This document shows positions 45,313 through 58,624 of a stretch of 64,000 nucleotides of DNA, piece by piece. The translations under genes were made by a program, and so were the position numbers. The stretch spans positions 434,001-498,000 of the forward strand of contig NIVC01000396.1 of NCBI GenBank assembly GCA_002269645.1, written 5' to 3'. The stretch comes from Macrostomum lignano (Eukaryota). The notes beneath the pieces were generated by a model, which was not told where the DNA came from, did not search any database, and worked only from the letters and a program-made list of their open reading frames with translations. Positions within the stretch are counted from its first letter, which is position 1; the number at the start of each line of letters is the position of its first letter.

Positions 45313-48300
45313 GTTAAGTATAACAAACTAATGAATATTTTATCAAAAGAAATTAGTCCTAAATGACTGAAATTAAGTTGCTATTATGAAAAACTTAAAA
45401 AGATTTAATTTTTTAACTCTCGAGTGAATAACAAAAACTTCATTTTAGTTTAAAATTTCTACTGATCTTAAAAAACTCTTTCGAGTGGTGCCCATGGTTG
45501 CAGGGACGGGACGGACCTTACATTCAAACCGTGAACCCAAGGACGGTTAGTATTCTTTGGCTTGCACTTAAGTGAAGACTCGCATGATTTAAACAATTTA
45601 AACAAGTATAAAATAAACCGCAAGCTATGAAATTTCTTTGCCATGCACTGCTAACTGGGTACAGGTATAGCACGCGTTTATTTGGCAACTCAAATGCAAA
45701 AATTCTTTGGGCTTCGGCAAAGGATGGTTATTAATTTGTGCATTTATGATACTTCACGCGATTATTTTATTTATTGTTGTATTCATGTTTGCAACTGATT
45801 TTTCTTCGATTACGTCTGCCAGTAACTACTGTTTTGCACATTACTCGTATACATGCATGTGCAGAAGCGGAAATATGCCCACTGTTTAGCTCATGCTTTA
45901 CTGGTGTATATTGAGTACTTTGGAGGGATATAAGCTATAATTTTCATGTATACTTCAGTTTTTTATGCAGTGCCCGTGCATGTTACGCACATTTGACAAT
46001 ACAGCTGGCACATGTAACTTGTACTGGTAAATTGCTTTTCAAGGACTTATCAAGATTATCGAAGAAGTTCCCTGCAAACACAAATAAGTGCCTAGACATT
46101 TGTGCTTCAGACAAACTCTATGGAAAGCGAATCTATGAAAACTGCCAAGGCCTCAACCAAAACTTAAGCCTAAACTCTATAACCAAAAAACCCTAATCTA
46201 AACCCTAATCCAAATCTATTCTCCCACAGAAAGCCGGCTGGCCTAACCTATAAGCTTCTAAAAAAAATCTAACAGAAAGCCGGTTGGCCAAGATAAGTTT
46301 AAAAAAAAACAAAAAAGAAGAGAGCAGTTGAACATCTCGATGGAGCTATGGTGGCTGCAGAGTCTTGCTCAGTAAATACTTGTATATGCTAAAAAAATTA
46401 TAGCAACTTCGAAAAAAACTACAGCTCGCATGTAATCGGCAAGTTACATGCAAGCACCATGCAAACTAGTGACATTGTTATTAGGTTCTCACGATATTCT
46501 GCTGTTATAATAACTCATAATTCACAGAATCAGTTTGAAACTGTCTCTCATTGAAAGAGAGCCGCGGCCTCTTGTAGACGCCTGGGCGCGAGCTCTCACA
46601 TAAATGATACCGAATTTCTAAATTATCTGCGAAATAAATGAATTCAGGTGGCCTGGCATACAGAAAGTTCACGCAGACTTTCAGGCTGCAGCTGAACCAA
46701 GCTTCATTAAACCATAAATAATGTTGCAAGTCTGAGACAGTTCTGAGTTCTGAATGCACTTCAATGACTTTAATACTTCGTATTCTACGAGCTAGTAGCA
46801 GACTTTCTTTCGGGGACTCCTAATCAAATTATTGACTTCGTTTGCTTCAAAATATTAGAAATTTGGCCTTGAAATTATCGCAGTTAAACCGTAGATGTCT
46901 TACATGTTGGTTTGCTGTTCTACTGATTAAATTAACAAGATTTTTTACTATAAGTAGTGGCATAGGAATATTGTTTGTAAATAACCGTATCGCTTGAAGC
47001 ATCGATTAATCGATATAAACAGGCATCGGGTCACATGATTCAGTACCAGAAGCTGCAAAACTTCATAGATAAAAAGTTATCATAGTGATGGGCTCTCAGG
47101 GTGGGTCGGTTTATCTTTAGTGAAAACAACCACGCAGCGCACAAATATTAAACTTTGGAAAATTCTGGCACCGCAGGCGCAAAGCCTTCTTATCTATAAT
47201 ATAGCAAGTTTCAATTAGCTAATCTAAATTAAACAATTATTGGGGTGCGTGCAGCAGCTTGATTGCCAGCCAGTTCGGGCTGCGCCACCGTCGCACTCAG
47301 AGAGGTCAATTGGACCGATGGACTTTTAATTGAATCTCGTAACACATTTTTACAGCCATCTTGCTTTGATTTTTCGTACATTGCAAAACCTCTAATTATA
47401 GGTAAACAATTTGGGGCAATATATGGTTCCCTCTCAGCCCCAGATAATGAATTGCACTGGGTGCACAATAAAAATGTACATACAGATAGTGGGTGCAATC
47501 CTTACCATGGCCAAGTCATTAATTCATCGCCCTGTCACAAGTCCCGCCCTGACGAGTTACTCAGTGCAGCACAATAAATAATCCATTCTCTAAATCCCAC
47601 CCCCACTGCTTTCAATTCAATAATAGCCTGCAGTCTTAAGGATTGTAAATTGGGCTAGAGTCTCAGAAGCCTAGCTAATGAGGCATGATTTTTGTTTACA
47701 ATCCAGGTTTTATAGGCTCAGAACTGGCAGGGGCCAGCAGCTTGCGAAAGTACAAATTGTGATCCTCAAGAAAGAAATAATAAGAAGCAGCAGACAATTG
47801 TGAATTCGAGGATTGTATTTAATAAACTGTTCTGCTGAAGTTGAGCAACTATTGCAACATTAGTAGAGAGGATTAAGCAGTTAAGCTACAGTCCAACATT
47901 GCGCACAAGTGCTATATTAGTTACAATAGTTTGCGACCCTCTAAGTATCTGGCGGGCTTTTTTGGAGTGCAGTAAGGAGGGGGGAGGGGATTTTTACAAC
48001 ACCCCCCGTGGCCGCTAGCTACCCTCTCCCATTCACGGATTGCCAGCTCTCTCCTGCTGCGCTTTGTTGGGGTTGCGGCGTATTGATCCGGTTCTGCTAG
48101 TGCTTAGTCCGTCCTCCAGACCGCCCCGCCTCGGACAGTACTGTGGAGGGTTGGACGTTGCGGGGAGAGGGATTACGTTTGGCTTGAATCAAGGCCTTGG
48201 TTTTCGCGGGTTGGGGAGGCTTGTTTTGAAAAGCGAAGGGAGTAGAGAGGCTCTGTGGCGAAGGGCGAATTTCTGGTTTTGAGGGCAATTAAACCCTCCC

Positions 48301-48934
48301 CTCTCTCTCTCTCCCCTAAAAAACCTCGCGAGAGCACGAGGTCGGCTGGGATAGAAGGGAAGCTAAAATTGCATTGCAGAGCGGGGAGGGTCGGCTGGGC
48401 TATGTGATGAGCATTGCGGGGGGGGGACAGGCGGCCTTCCCTGTACAAATGTACACTTGAACCTGTGTACACTGAGCTTCACCCCTCCCCTTGGTCCCGG
48501 AATTAGCCAATGCTTAGTCCCAGGGTTTTCAGGCCCGTAGGGGGGTGGGTGGCAGGGCAGAGGGCCGAATAGGGCCCAGGCGTGGCTGCAGCCTATATAC
48601 ACTTCCAAGGATAAATTCATCACCACAAGCCGTTACGCCCGCGAGCGTGGTGCGACTGACTCTGTTATTATAATTAATTTTTATTTAGTTTAGAGATTAT
48701 CGATTACTAATAGAAAAACAAACAAGAAAGCGAAGGTAGCACAGAAGGCTTAAGTCCGCTTTATCAAGGAGACTCAGAACTACACCAACAGCGGACAAAA
48801 AATTAAATTTCAGGCCGTTCAAGTCTGTGCACTTTTATTTGTTCATTCTTTTAGTTCGACTCGGATAATCAGAACGAGTCCCAGCAATTGCACTAGCGGA
48901 CAATGCGAAGCGATCTTTATCGACTCAGCTCGAC

Positions 48935-49079
48935 ATGACCGCGGAATCGATCGCCAACACCGGCCAGGTAGAAGAGGCGCCAGCTGCAACAACAACAGCA
49001 AGATGGCGTTGTTTGCTTCAATCTACTGCTTCTGGCAATCTGCTGTGTCTTCTTCTACCGTTTCTCTGCATCTGCTCTT
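48935..49079 (+). CDS. Dscam: Candidate first (signal-peptide) exon of the Dscam-like gene
   Basis: MTAESIANTGQVEEAPAATTTARWRCLLQSTASGNLLCLLLPFLCICS, then T/GTGAGC phase-1 donor compatible with the phase-1 Ig exon. Confidence 0.35.
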
Positions 49080-50009
49080 GTGAGCTCTTCCTTATTATTG
49101 CTTTGTTTGATTAGCGATTTGACTGTCTTGATAGTAAACTAATTTGCAAGCTTTAAATGCCAGATTACTTCTTTTAGAGGCAGAAAAAGGAAGCAACAAA
49201 TAGTGTTGCTTTTTTATTTTTACTACCTGCTATAGCTGGATATAGCCGCTTCTGCTTACTTCTTGTTGCTGCTGCTGCTGTTCTCTTTCCGCCGTTCTTC
49301 TTTCCAGTTGTCGGGCCATCGCTATACTGCGGTGCTGCTTGCTTGGAGACTCTCTCCTCTCTTCTGTCCTCTCCTCTCTCCAGTCTACTGCAGCAGCTCC
49401 CAGCCGCCTCCCACATGTCCAGAATCCGGCACAGAAAGCTGCAGTCGCTCCCCCAACTGCCTGTTATATGCGAAGTGCTGCATATTGCTATTAATAATTA
49501 CTATATTATGTAGCCTGCATTCGTTAGTATCGGCAAGCAGTACGCAAGCAGCCAGGAAATCCCCCCCCCCGGTGCAGCGGGTAGGAAGGCTCCAGTTTCC
49601 TATTCCAACTATTATTATATTTATTCTTTTCCCCAATACCCACAATTCAATGCAGTCATTTTACTATTTTCCGTTAATTTTATTACTTTTATGATTATAG
49701 TTGTACCTTTATCAAACAAAAATGACCTAGCAGTATCACTTTGGCCGTAATTAACTGTACTATTGTGTAGCAGTGAATAGAAACTTACGAACTTATAAGA
49801 GAGCTTAGCTGACTTTCACGGGCAGGGGGGGGGGTACCGGAGCATTAAGAGAAAGCAAACAGAACTGCTTTTTATTCATTCACGACGCGGGCACTGAATA
49901 GAGTATAGAGGGGGGGTTGGGGCGGCTGGCAAGAGAGAGTGGGTGACTCCGGCATTGGCGGGCATCGGCGAGAGCGCCGGCCAAGATAAATAGTCGTGTA
50001 CTCTCCTGG

Positions 50010-50750
50010 AGACCTGGGAGACGGAGAGGCAGAGGCAGGGAGGAGAGGGAGAGGCTGGGAGGAGAGGGAGAGAGGCTGGGAGGAGAGGGAGAGAGGCAGG
50101 GAGGAGAGGGAGAGAAGCAGAGAGAAAAGAGGGAAAGGCTGGGAGGAGAGGGAGAGAGGCAGGGAGGAGAGGGAGAGAAGCAGAGAGAGGGAAGGCAGGG
50201 AGGAGAGGAGAGGCTGGGAGGAGAGGGAGAGAGCAGGGAGAGAGGGAGAGGCTGGGAGGAGAGGGAGAGAGGCAGGGAGGAGAGGGAGAGGCTGGGAGGA
50301 GAGGGAGAGGCAGGGAGAGAGGAGAGGCTGAGGAGAGGGAGAGAAGCAGAGAGAAGAGAGGGAAAGGCTGGGAGGAGAGGGAGAGAGGCAGGGAGGAGAG
50401 GGAGAGGCAGGGAGGAGAGGGAGAGGATGGGAGGAGAGGGAGAGGCAGGGAGGAGAGGGAGAGGCTGGGAGGAGAGGGAGAGGCAGGGAGGAGAGGGAGA
50501 GGATGGGAGGAGAGGGAGAGAGCAGGGAGGAGAGGGAGAGGCAGGGAGGAGAGGGAGAGGATGGAGGAGAGGGAGAGAAGCAGAGGAGAAGAGAGGGAGA
50601 GGCAGGGAGGAGAGGGAGAGGATGGGAGGAGAGGGAGAGCAGGGAGAGAGGGAGAGGCAGGGAGGAGAGGGGAGAAGCAGAGAGAAGAGAGGGAGAGGCA
50701 GGGAGGAGAGGGAGAGGCTGGGAGGAGAGGGAGAGAGGCAGGGAAGGAGC
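50010..50750. repeat. Polypurine minisatellite (GGAGGAGAGGGAGAGGCA/TG) upstream of the Dscam Ig1 exon
   Basis: Direct inspection. Confidence 0.95.
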
Positions 50751-50844
50751 TGGAGCATTAAGAGCAGTTGCCAAGCCAGCCAGTGGAGAGGCATGTTCAT
50801 GGACTAGGGGCCTCCCAGAGCAGACGGAGCCGCCGGAGTTTCAG

Positions 50845-51166
50845 GTGAGGCCAGAGAAGCCAGCCTGACCTGCCGTCAGGAGGATCACAGACTGCAGCTG
50901 CGCTGGCGGTTCGAAGAGATCGACTGGTCGACAGACTCGGCAGTCGCGTCGGTCAACGCCTCGGACTATGTCGGCCCGATGGCGGAATCGACGCTGCCGT
51001 TCTACGACGCCGGCAGAGGTCTGGCTGGGGGGCAGCAGCAACGACGGCCAGTTCGTATTGAGCCCGCCGCACCGGTTCCAAGGCCTGCCAAAGTACAAGC
51101 TGTACTGCGAGGCGCGGAGCGGCAGCAACAACGTGCTGCTATCCAGAATGATGCTGCCTAGGAAGA
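50845..51166 (+). CDS. Dscam: Dscam-like Ig1 exon (5' boundary uncertain: 50819 or 50845; apparent extra G at 51027-51032)
   Basis: ASLTC...LRWRF...GQFVLSPP...YKLYCEARSGSNNVLLSRMMLPRK; high GC3 switches frame at the G run; A/GTGAGG phase-1 donor. Confidence 0.65.
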
Positions 51167-51269
51167 GTGAGGAACTGGGATTGGGATTGGAGCCGCTGGC
51201 ATGGATTCAGCTGATACGGGGAAGCTGTCTGTCTCTGCATCTGCCTGCTCCTCCCTGACATTCTCCTGA

Positions 51270-54066
51270 CTTCCTCTATGCTTCTCTGCCTCCCTTCTTT
51301 CTTTTATCTCTCATGTCTCTCCCCCTCCTGTCTCTCCCTCTCCTGTGAGAGCCCCTCCTGTCTCTCCCTCTCCTGTCTCTCCCCCTCCTGTCTCTCCCTC
51401 TCCTATCTCCTCTCTCCTGTCTCTCCCCCTCCTGTCTCTCCCTCTCCTGTCTCCCTCTCCTGTATTCGCTTCTCAAGTCTCCCCCTCTCCTGTCTCCACC
51501 TCTCCAGCCTCCCCCTCTCCTGTCCCCCCTCTCCTCTCTCCTCTCTCCTGTCTCTCCCTCTCCTGTCTCCCTCTCCTGTATTCCCTTCTCAAGTCTCCCC
51601 CTCTCCTGTCTCCACCTCTCCAGCCTCCCCCTCTCCTGTCCCCCCTCTCCTCTCTCCTCTCTCCTGTCTCTCCCTCTCCAGCCTCCCCCTCTCCTGTCTC
51701 CCCCTCTCCTGCTCCCCCTCTCCTGTCTTCCCTTCTCTCTCCCCTCTCCTGTCTCCCCCTCTCCAGCCTCCCCCTCTCCTGTCTCCTCTCTCCTGTCTCT
51801 CCCCTCTCCTGTCCCCTCTCCCTGTCTCCCCTCTCCTGTTTCCTCTCTCCTGTCTCCCCCTCTCCAGCCTCCCCCTCTCCTGTCTCCTCTCTCCTGTCTC
51901 TCCCCTCTCCTGTCCCCTCTCTCCTGTCTCCCCCCCTCCTGTCTCTCCCTCTCCTATCTCTTCTCTCCTGTCTCTCCCCCTCCTGTCTCTCCCTCTCCTG
52001 TCTCCCTCTCCTGTATTCCCTTCTCAAGTCTCCCCCTCTCCTGTCTCCACCTCTCCAGCCTCCCCCTCTCCTGTCCCCCTCTCTCTCTCCTCTCTCCTGT
52101 CTCTCCCTCTCCTGTCTCCCTCTCCTGTATTCCCTTCTCAAGTCTCCCCCTCTCCTGTCTCCACCTCTCCAGCCTCCCCCTCTCCTGTCCCCCCTCTCCT
52201 CTCTCCTCTCTCCTGTCTCTCCCTCTCCAGCCTCCCCTCTCCTGTCTCCCCCTCTCCTGCTCCCCCTCTCCTGTCTTCCCTTCTCTCTCCCCTCTCCTGT
52301 CTCCCCCTCTCCAGCCTCCCCCTCTCCTGTCTCCTCTCTCCTGTCTCTCCCCTCTCCTGTCCCCTCTCTCCTGTCTCCCCCTCTCCTGTCTCCTCTCTCC
52401 TGTCTCCCCCTCTCCAGCCTCCCCCTCTCCTGTCTCCTCTCTCCTGTCTCTCCCCTCTCCTGTCCCCTCTCTCCTGTCTCCCCCTCTCCTGTCTCCTCTC
52501 TCCTGTCTCCCCCTCTCCTGTCTCCTCTCTCCTGTCTCCCCCTCTCCTGTCTTCCCCTCTTCTCTCTCCCCTCTCCTGTCTCCCCCTCTCCTGACTCCTC
52601 TCTCCTGTCTCTCCCTCTTCTGTCCCCCCTCTCCTGTCTCCCCCTCTCCTGCTCCCCCTCTCCTGTCTTCCCCTCTTCTCTCTCCCCTCTCCAGCCTCCC
52701 CCTCTCCTGTCTCTCCCTCTTCTGTCCCCCCTCTGCTGTCTTCCCCTCTTCTCTCTCCCCTCTTCTCTCTCCCCTCTCCAGCCTCCCCCTCTCCTGTCTC
52801 TCCCTCTTCTGTCCCCCCTCTCCTATCTTCCCCTCTTCTCTCTCCCCTCTCCTGTCTCCCCCTCTCCAGCCTCCCCCTCTCCTGTCTCCTCTCTCCTGTC
52901 TCTCCCCTCTCCTGTCTCCTCTCTCCTGTCTCCCCCTCTCCTGTCTCCTCTCTCCTGTCTCCCCCTCTCCTGTCTCCCTCTCTCCTGTCTCTTCTCTCCT
53001 GTCTCCCCCTCTCCTGTCTCCCCCTCTCCTGTCTTCCCCTCTTCTCTCTCCCCTCTCCTGTCTTCCCCTCTTTTGTCTCCCCTCTCCTGTCTCTCCCTCT
53101 TCTGTCCCCCCTCTCCTATCTTCCCCTCTTCTCTCTCCCCTCTCCTGTCTCCCCCTCTCCAGCCTCCCCCTCTCCTGTCTCCTCTCTCCTGTCTCTCCCC
53201 TCTCCTGTCTCCTCTCTCCTGTCTCCCCCTCTCCTGTCTCCTCTCTCCTGTCTCCCCCTCTCCTGTCTCCCCCTCTCCTGTCTCTTCTCTCCTGTCTCCC
53301 CCTCTCCTGTCTCCCCCTCTCCTGTCTTCCCCTCTTCTCTCTCCCCTCTCCTGTCTTCCCCTCTTTTGTCTCCCCTCTCCTGTCTCTCCCTCTTCTGTCC
53401 CCCCTCTCCTGTCTCCCCTCTCCAGCCTCCCCCTCTCCTGTCTCCCCTCTCCAGCCTCCCCCTCTCCTGTCTTCCCCTCTTTTGTCTCCCCTCTCCTGTC
53501 TCTCCCTCTCCTGTCTCCCCCTCTCCAGCCTCCCCCTCTCCTGTCTCCCCCTCTCCAGCCTCCCCCTCTCCTGTCTCCCCTCTCCAGCCTCCCCCTCTCC
53601 TGTCTCCCCCTCTCCAGCCTCCCCCTCTCCTGTCTCCTCCTATTTCTCCCTCTCTCCAGCCTCCCTCTCTCCAGCCTCCCCCTCTCCTGTCTCCTCCTAT
53701 TTCTCCCTCTCCTGTCTCCTCCTATTTCTCCCTCTCCTGTCTCCTCCTATTTCTCCCTCTCCTGTCTCCTCCTATTTCTCCCTCTCCTGTCTCCTCCTAT
53801 TTCTCCCTCTCCTGTCTCCTCCTATTTCTCCCTCTCCTGTCTCCTCCTATTTCTCCCTCTCCTGTCTCCTCCTATTTCTCCCTCTCCTGTCTCCTCCTAT
53901 TTCTCCCTCTCCTGTCTCCTCCTATTTCTCCCTCTCCTGTCTCCTCCTATTTCTCCCTCTCCTGTCTCCTCCTATTTTTCCCTCTCCTGTCTCCTCCTAT
54001 TTCTCCCTCTCCTGTCTCCTCCTATTTCTCCCTCTCCTGTCTCCTCCTATTTCCCCCTCTCCTGTG
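51270..54066. repeat. Polypyrimidine minisatellite (CTCTCCTGTC/CCAGCCTCCCC), ending in a 25-bp array
   Basis: Direct inspection. Confidence 0.95.
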
Positions 54067-54844
54067 TCCCCTGTGTGCATTTCTGAGAAGTGGAAACTTC
54101 AATGGAACAGCTACTTGGCACTCTGCCAAAACAACGCAGTCTGGTTTGCTTTGCACAGTCCAACACCCCAAGTGCACCGAATCTCGCCGTATCTTCAATT
54201 TCCTTAATAAGAGAGCGCCGAAGCCGCCGAGCTGCGAAGTCCGCCCGCGCCCACCCAGCCAGCAGGGCCAGAAATTGGCCTAAATTGCATGGACTGGTGG
54301 ACTGGTGAAGGGTGGAAGGAGGCGGGAGTGGGCGCCAGGCAGCCCTGTGACACGAAATGATGCCTTCTAAGCAAGTCCCTCAGTTCCTATAGATGCAGCC
54401 CACTCTCTATATCTATACATCATGTATGCACAGAGCGGAAACGAAGTTGCCTGACTGTATCTGGGGGACGGTCAGTAGCCAGTGGAGCTCTCTCGGGTCA
54501 GCTAACTGGCTAGTTTGCAAGTCTCTGGCCTGGCGCCTTCTCGCTCCCCCGGCCCTCTCTTTCTCTCCTCTCGTGTTTTTCTCTGAGTGGGATAAGCCTG
54601 GTGTACACAGTACTGACTGATGCGAAGTGTACGTACGCGAAGTGCGTGTTGTAGGAAAAACCAGCGCTGTGCAGAAAAAGCTTTTTGCGGAGAGTGGGGT
54701 GGGTTAGGCCAGATTTACAGGCAAAGCGAGTTAAGTAAAATGCGCTTCACCTTGCAGAATATTGATGTGCACTTCGCTTCTCGCCTCCTATTGCGGAGTT
54801 ACGATTCCATTCTAATCAAGCGCAAACCTTAGAGCACAAAATCT

Positions 54845-56685
54845 AATCTTATTTAGACTGATCCAATCTTATCTAGACTGATCCAATCTCATTTAGACTG
54901 ATCCAATCTTATCTAGACTGATCCAATCTTATCTAGACTGATCCAATCTCATTTAGACTGATCCAATCTTATCTAGACTGATCCAATCTTATCTAGACTG
55001 ATCCAATCTCATTTAGACTGATCCAATCTTATCTAGACTGATCCAATCTTATCTAGACTGATCCAATCTCATTTAGACTGATCCAATCTTATCTAGACTG
55101 ATCCAATCTTATCTAGACTGATCCAATCTCATTTAGACTGATCCAGTCTCATCTAGACTGATCCAATCTTATCTAGACTGATCCAATCTTATCTAGACTG
55201 ATCCAATCTCATCTAAACTGATCCAATCTCATCTAGACTGATCCAATCTTATCTAGTCTGATCCAATCTCATCTAGCCTGATCCAATCTCATCTAGACCG
55301 ATCCAATCTCATCTAGACTGATCCAATCTCATCTAGCCTGATCTAATCTCATCTAGCCCGATCCAATCTCATCTAGACTGATCCAATCTCATCTAGCCTG
55401 ATCTAATCTCATCTAGCCCGATCCAATCTTATCTAGACTGATCCAATCTTATCTAGACTGATCCAATCTCATTTAGACTGATCCAATCTTATCTAGACTG
55501 ATCCAATCTTATCTAGACTGATCCAATCTCATTTAGACTGATCCAGTCTCATCTAGACTGATCCAATCTTATCTAGACTGATCCAATCTTATCTAGACTG
55601 ATCCAATCTCATCTAAACTGATCCAATCTCATCTAGACTGATCCAATCTTATCTAGTCTGATCCAATCTCATCTAGCCTGATCCAATCTCATCTAGACCG
55701 ATCCAATCTCATCTAGACTGATCCAATCTCATCTAGCCTGATCTAATCTCATCTAGCCCGATCCAATCTCATCTAGACTGATCCAATCTCATCTAGCCCG
55801 ATCCAATCTCATCTAGACTGATTCAATCTCATCTAGCCCGATCCAATCTCATCTAGCCTGATCCAGTCTCATCTAGACTGATCCAGTCTCATCTAGACTG
55901 ATCCAATCTCATTTAAACTGATCCAGTCTCATCTAGCTTGATCCAATCTCATCTAAACTGATCCAGTCTCATCTAGACTGATGCAATCTCATCTAGACTG
56001 ACCCAATCTCATCTAGACTGATGCAATCTCATCTAGACTGATCTAATCTCATCTAGCCCGATCCAATCTCATCTAGACTGATCCAATCTCATCTAGCCCG
56101 ATCCAATCTCATCTAGACTGATTCAATCTCATCTAGCCCGATCCAATCTCATCTAGCCTGATCCAGTCTCATCTAGACTGATCCAGTCTCATCTAGACTG
56201 ATCCAATCTCATTTAAACTGATCCAGTCTCATCTAGCTTGATCCAATCTCATCTAAACTGATCCAGTCTCATCTAGACTGATGCAATCTCATCTAGACTG
56301 ACCCAATCTCATCTAGACTGATGCAATCTCATCTAGACTGACCCAATCTCATCTAGACTGATGCAATCTCATCTAGACTGATCCAGTCTCATCTAGACTG
56401 ATCCAATCTCATCTAGCCTGATCCAATCTCATCTAGACTGATCCAATCTTATCAAGACCGATCCAATCTCATCTAGACTGACCCAATCTCATCTAGCCTG
56501 ATCCAATCTAATCTAGACTGACCCAATCTCATCTGGACTGATCCAGTCTCATCTAGACTGATCCAATCTCATCTAGCCTGATCCAATCTCATCTAGACCG
56601 ATCCAATCTCATCTAGACTGACCCAATTTCATCTAGCCTGACCCAATCTCATCTAGTCTGATCCAATCTCATCTAGCCTGATCCA
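54845..56685. repeat. 20-bp satellite ATCCAATCTCATCTAGACTG; the same family recurs at 59290-59458 and 61493-62047
   Basis: About 90 units. Confidence 0.97.
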
Positions 56686-56753
56686 GTGGCGGTGTGAACT
56701 CCTTGAGACAAAGGAATGACATCTACAGTTACAACAACCGCCATCTCCCGCAG

Positions 56754-57443
56754 TGAGCACCCTCAGGACCGTGAAGGCCGTGCTGAACTGCTTCTCAGGG
56801 CCGCTGAACGGCTCAGCGGTGTGCCGCCTGCTGACGGACCCGAGCCTGCACCGGATCAGCGAATACTTCAATGTTGAGTACTTCAGGGAGCCGAAGATCG
56901 GCGACCGGTGCATCAGCGACGCCGGCACTCGGGAGCGCCTGGACTCCGGCAGCGGCCGCGTCGGCTCGAAATTCGCCGCTTTCAATGCCGAGAAAGGCCA
57001 CCTGCACGTGATGTCGCTGACTGAGGAGGACGCTCGGTTCTGCTACCGGGCCAACATCACCCTGACCGACTCGGTCGGGCGCGTGGTCTACTGGAACGTG
57101 TCGGAGTCGCGTGAAGTCCGCGTCATAGTCGACCCGTCATCGGGGAGGCTGGTCAGCAGGGAGGCCACCCGGTCTGAGGCCGCCTACGAGCTCAGGGCGG
57201 GCGGCCTGCAACTCGCGCTGCCCTGCTATGCCCGCAGCACCAGCCACGGCGGCGGCTATCAGTGGCGTCGGAACGGCGCCCCGGTGGAGGTCGGCGATCC
57301 TGGCGAGGCGCATCGCAAATTCGCCTACCTGAACGTCAACTCCGGCAGTCTGCGACTGCGCGTTGACGGCTGGAACGATTCGGGCGAGTACGAGTGCAGG
57401 CACAATGACCGGACATTGCTCACCATCGGCCTGCAGTTCTACA
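56754..57443 (+). CDS. Dscam: Dscam-like exon, Ig2 and Ig3
   Basis: NGSAVCRLL, GHLHVMSLTEED, LALPC...YQWRRNG...DSGEYEC; acceptor CCCGCAG, donor GTGAGC, phase 1/1. Confidence 0.85.
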
Positions 57444-57454
57444 GTGAGCAGCTA

Positions 57455-58095
<641 letters not shown>

Positions 58096-58154
58096 TCTGT
58101 CCTTTATCGCTTTATTTCCGAAACCCCGTCCCCACCGTCCGCCTGCCGCCGCAG

Positions 58155-58487
58155 AGCCGCTGTCGGTCCGTCTGCCGTCCCGGCGGCGCAGCCTGGACCA
58201 CGGCGGCAGCCTGTCTCTGAACTGCTCGGTCAGCGGCTGGCCGATCAGCCGGATCTTCTGGCTGCACAATGGCCGACGCTTGCCAGCCGGCGATCCACGC
58301 TGTCGCGTCGAGACGGACATTGTTGCGGAGGGCGAGGGCGTCAGCTACGGCCGGCTTCGGGTTTCCGATATCAGCCTGTCCGACCAGGGCGCCTATCAGT
58401 GCGTGGCCGAGCGAGACCTGGACACCGGCGGCTCCCGGCTGGTGCCCTACGACTCCGCTCAGGACGCTACGTTCCTGACTGTCAACA
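58155..58487 (+). CDS. Dscam: Dscam-like exon, Ig4
   Basis: PLSVRLP...[26 protein letters not shown]...DQGAYQCVA...DSAQDATFL; phase 1/1. Confidence 0.88.
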
Positions 58488-58624
58488 GTGAGGGACTGGG
58501 GAGCCGGCTGGATAATGACTCCGGCTATGAACTCTGGGAATACAGTATCTGGGAGACAGTAAAGTGGGATTCAAATGTGTTTCAGAGATTGTTTGATCCC
58601 ATTTTTTGGGAAACTGGTGATTGA

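Noticed and set aside
46180-46215. Telomere-like AAACCCTAA motifs
   Set aside because: Only two imperfect copies; not an interstitial telomere array.
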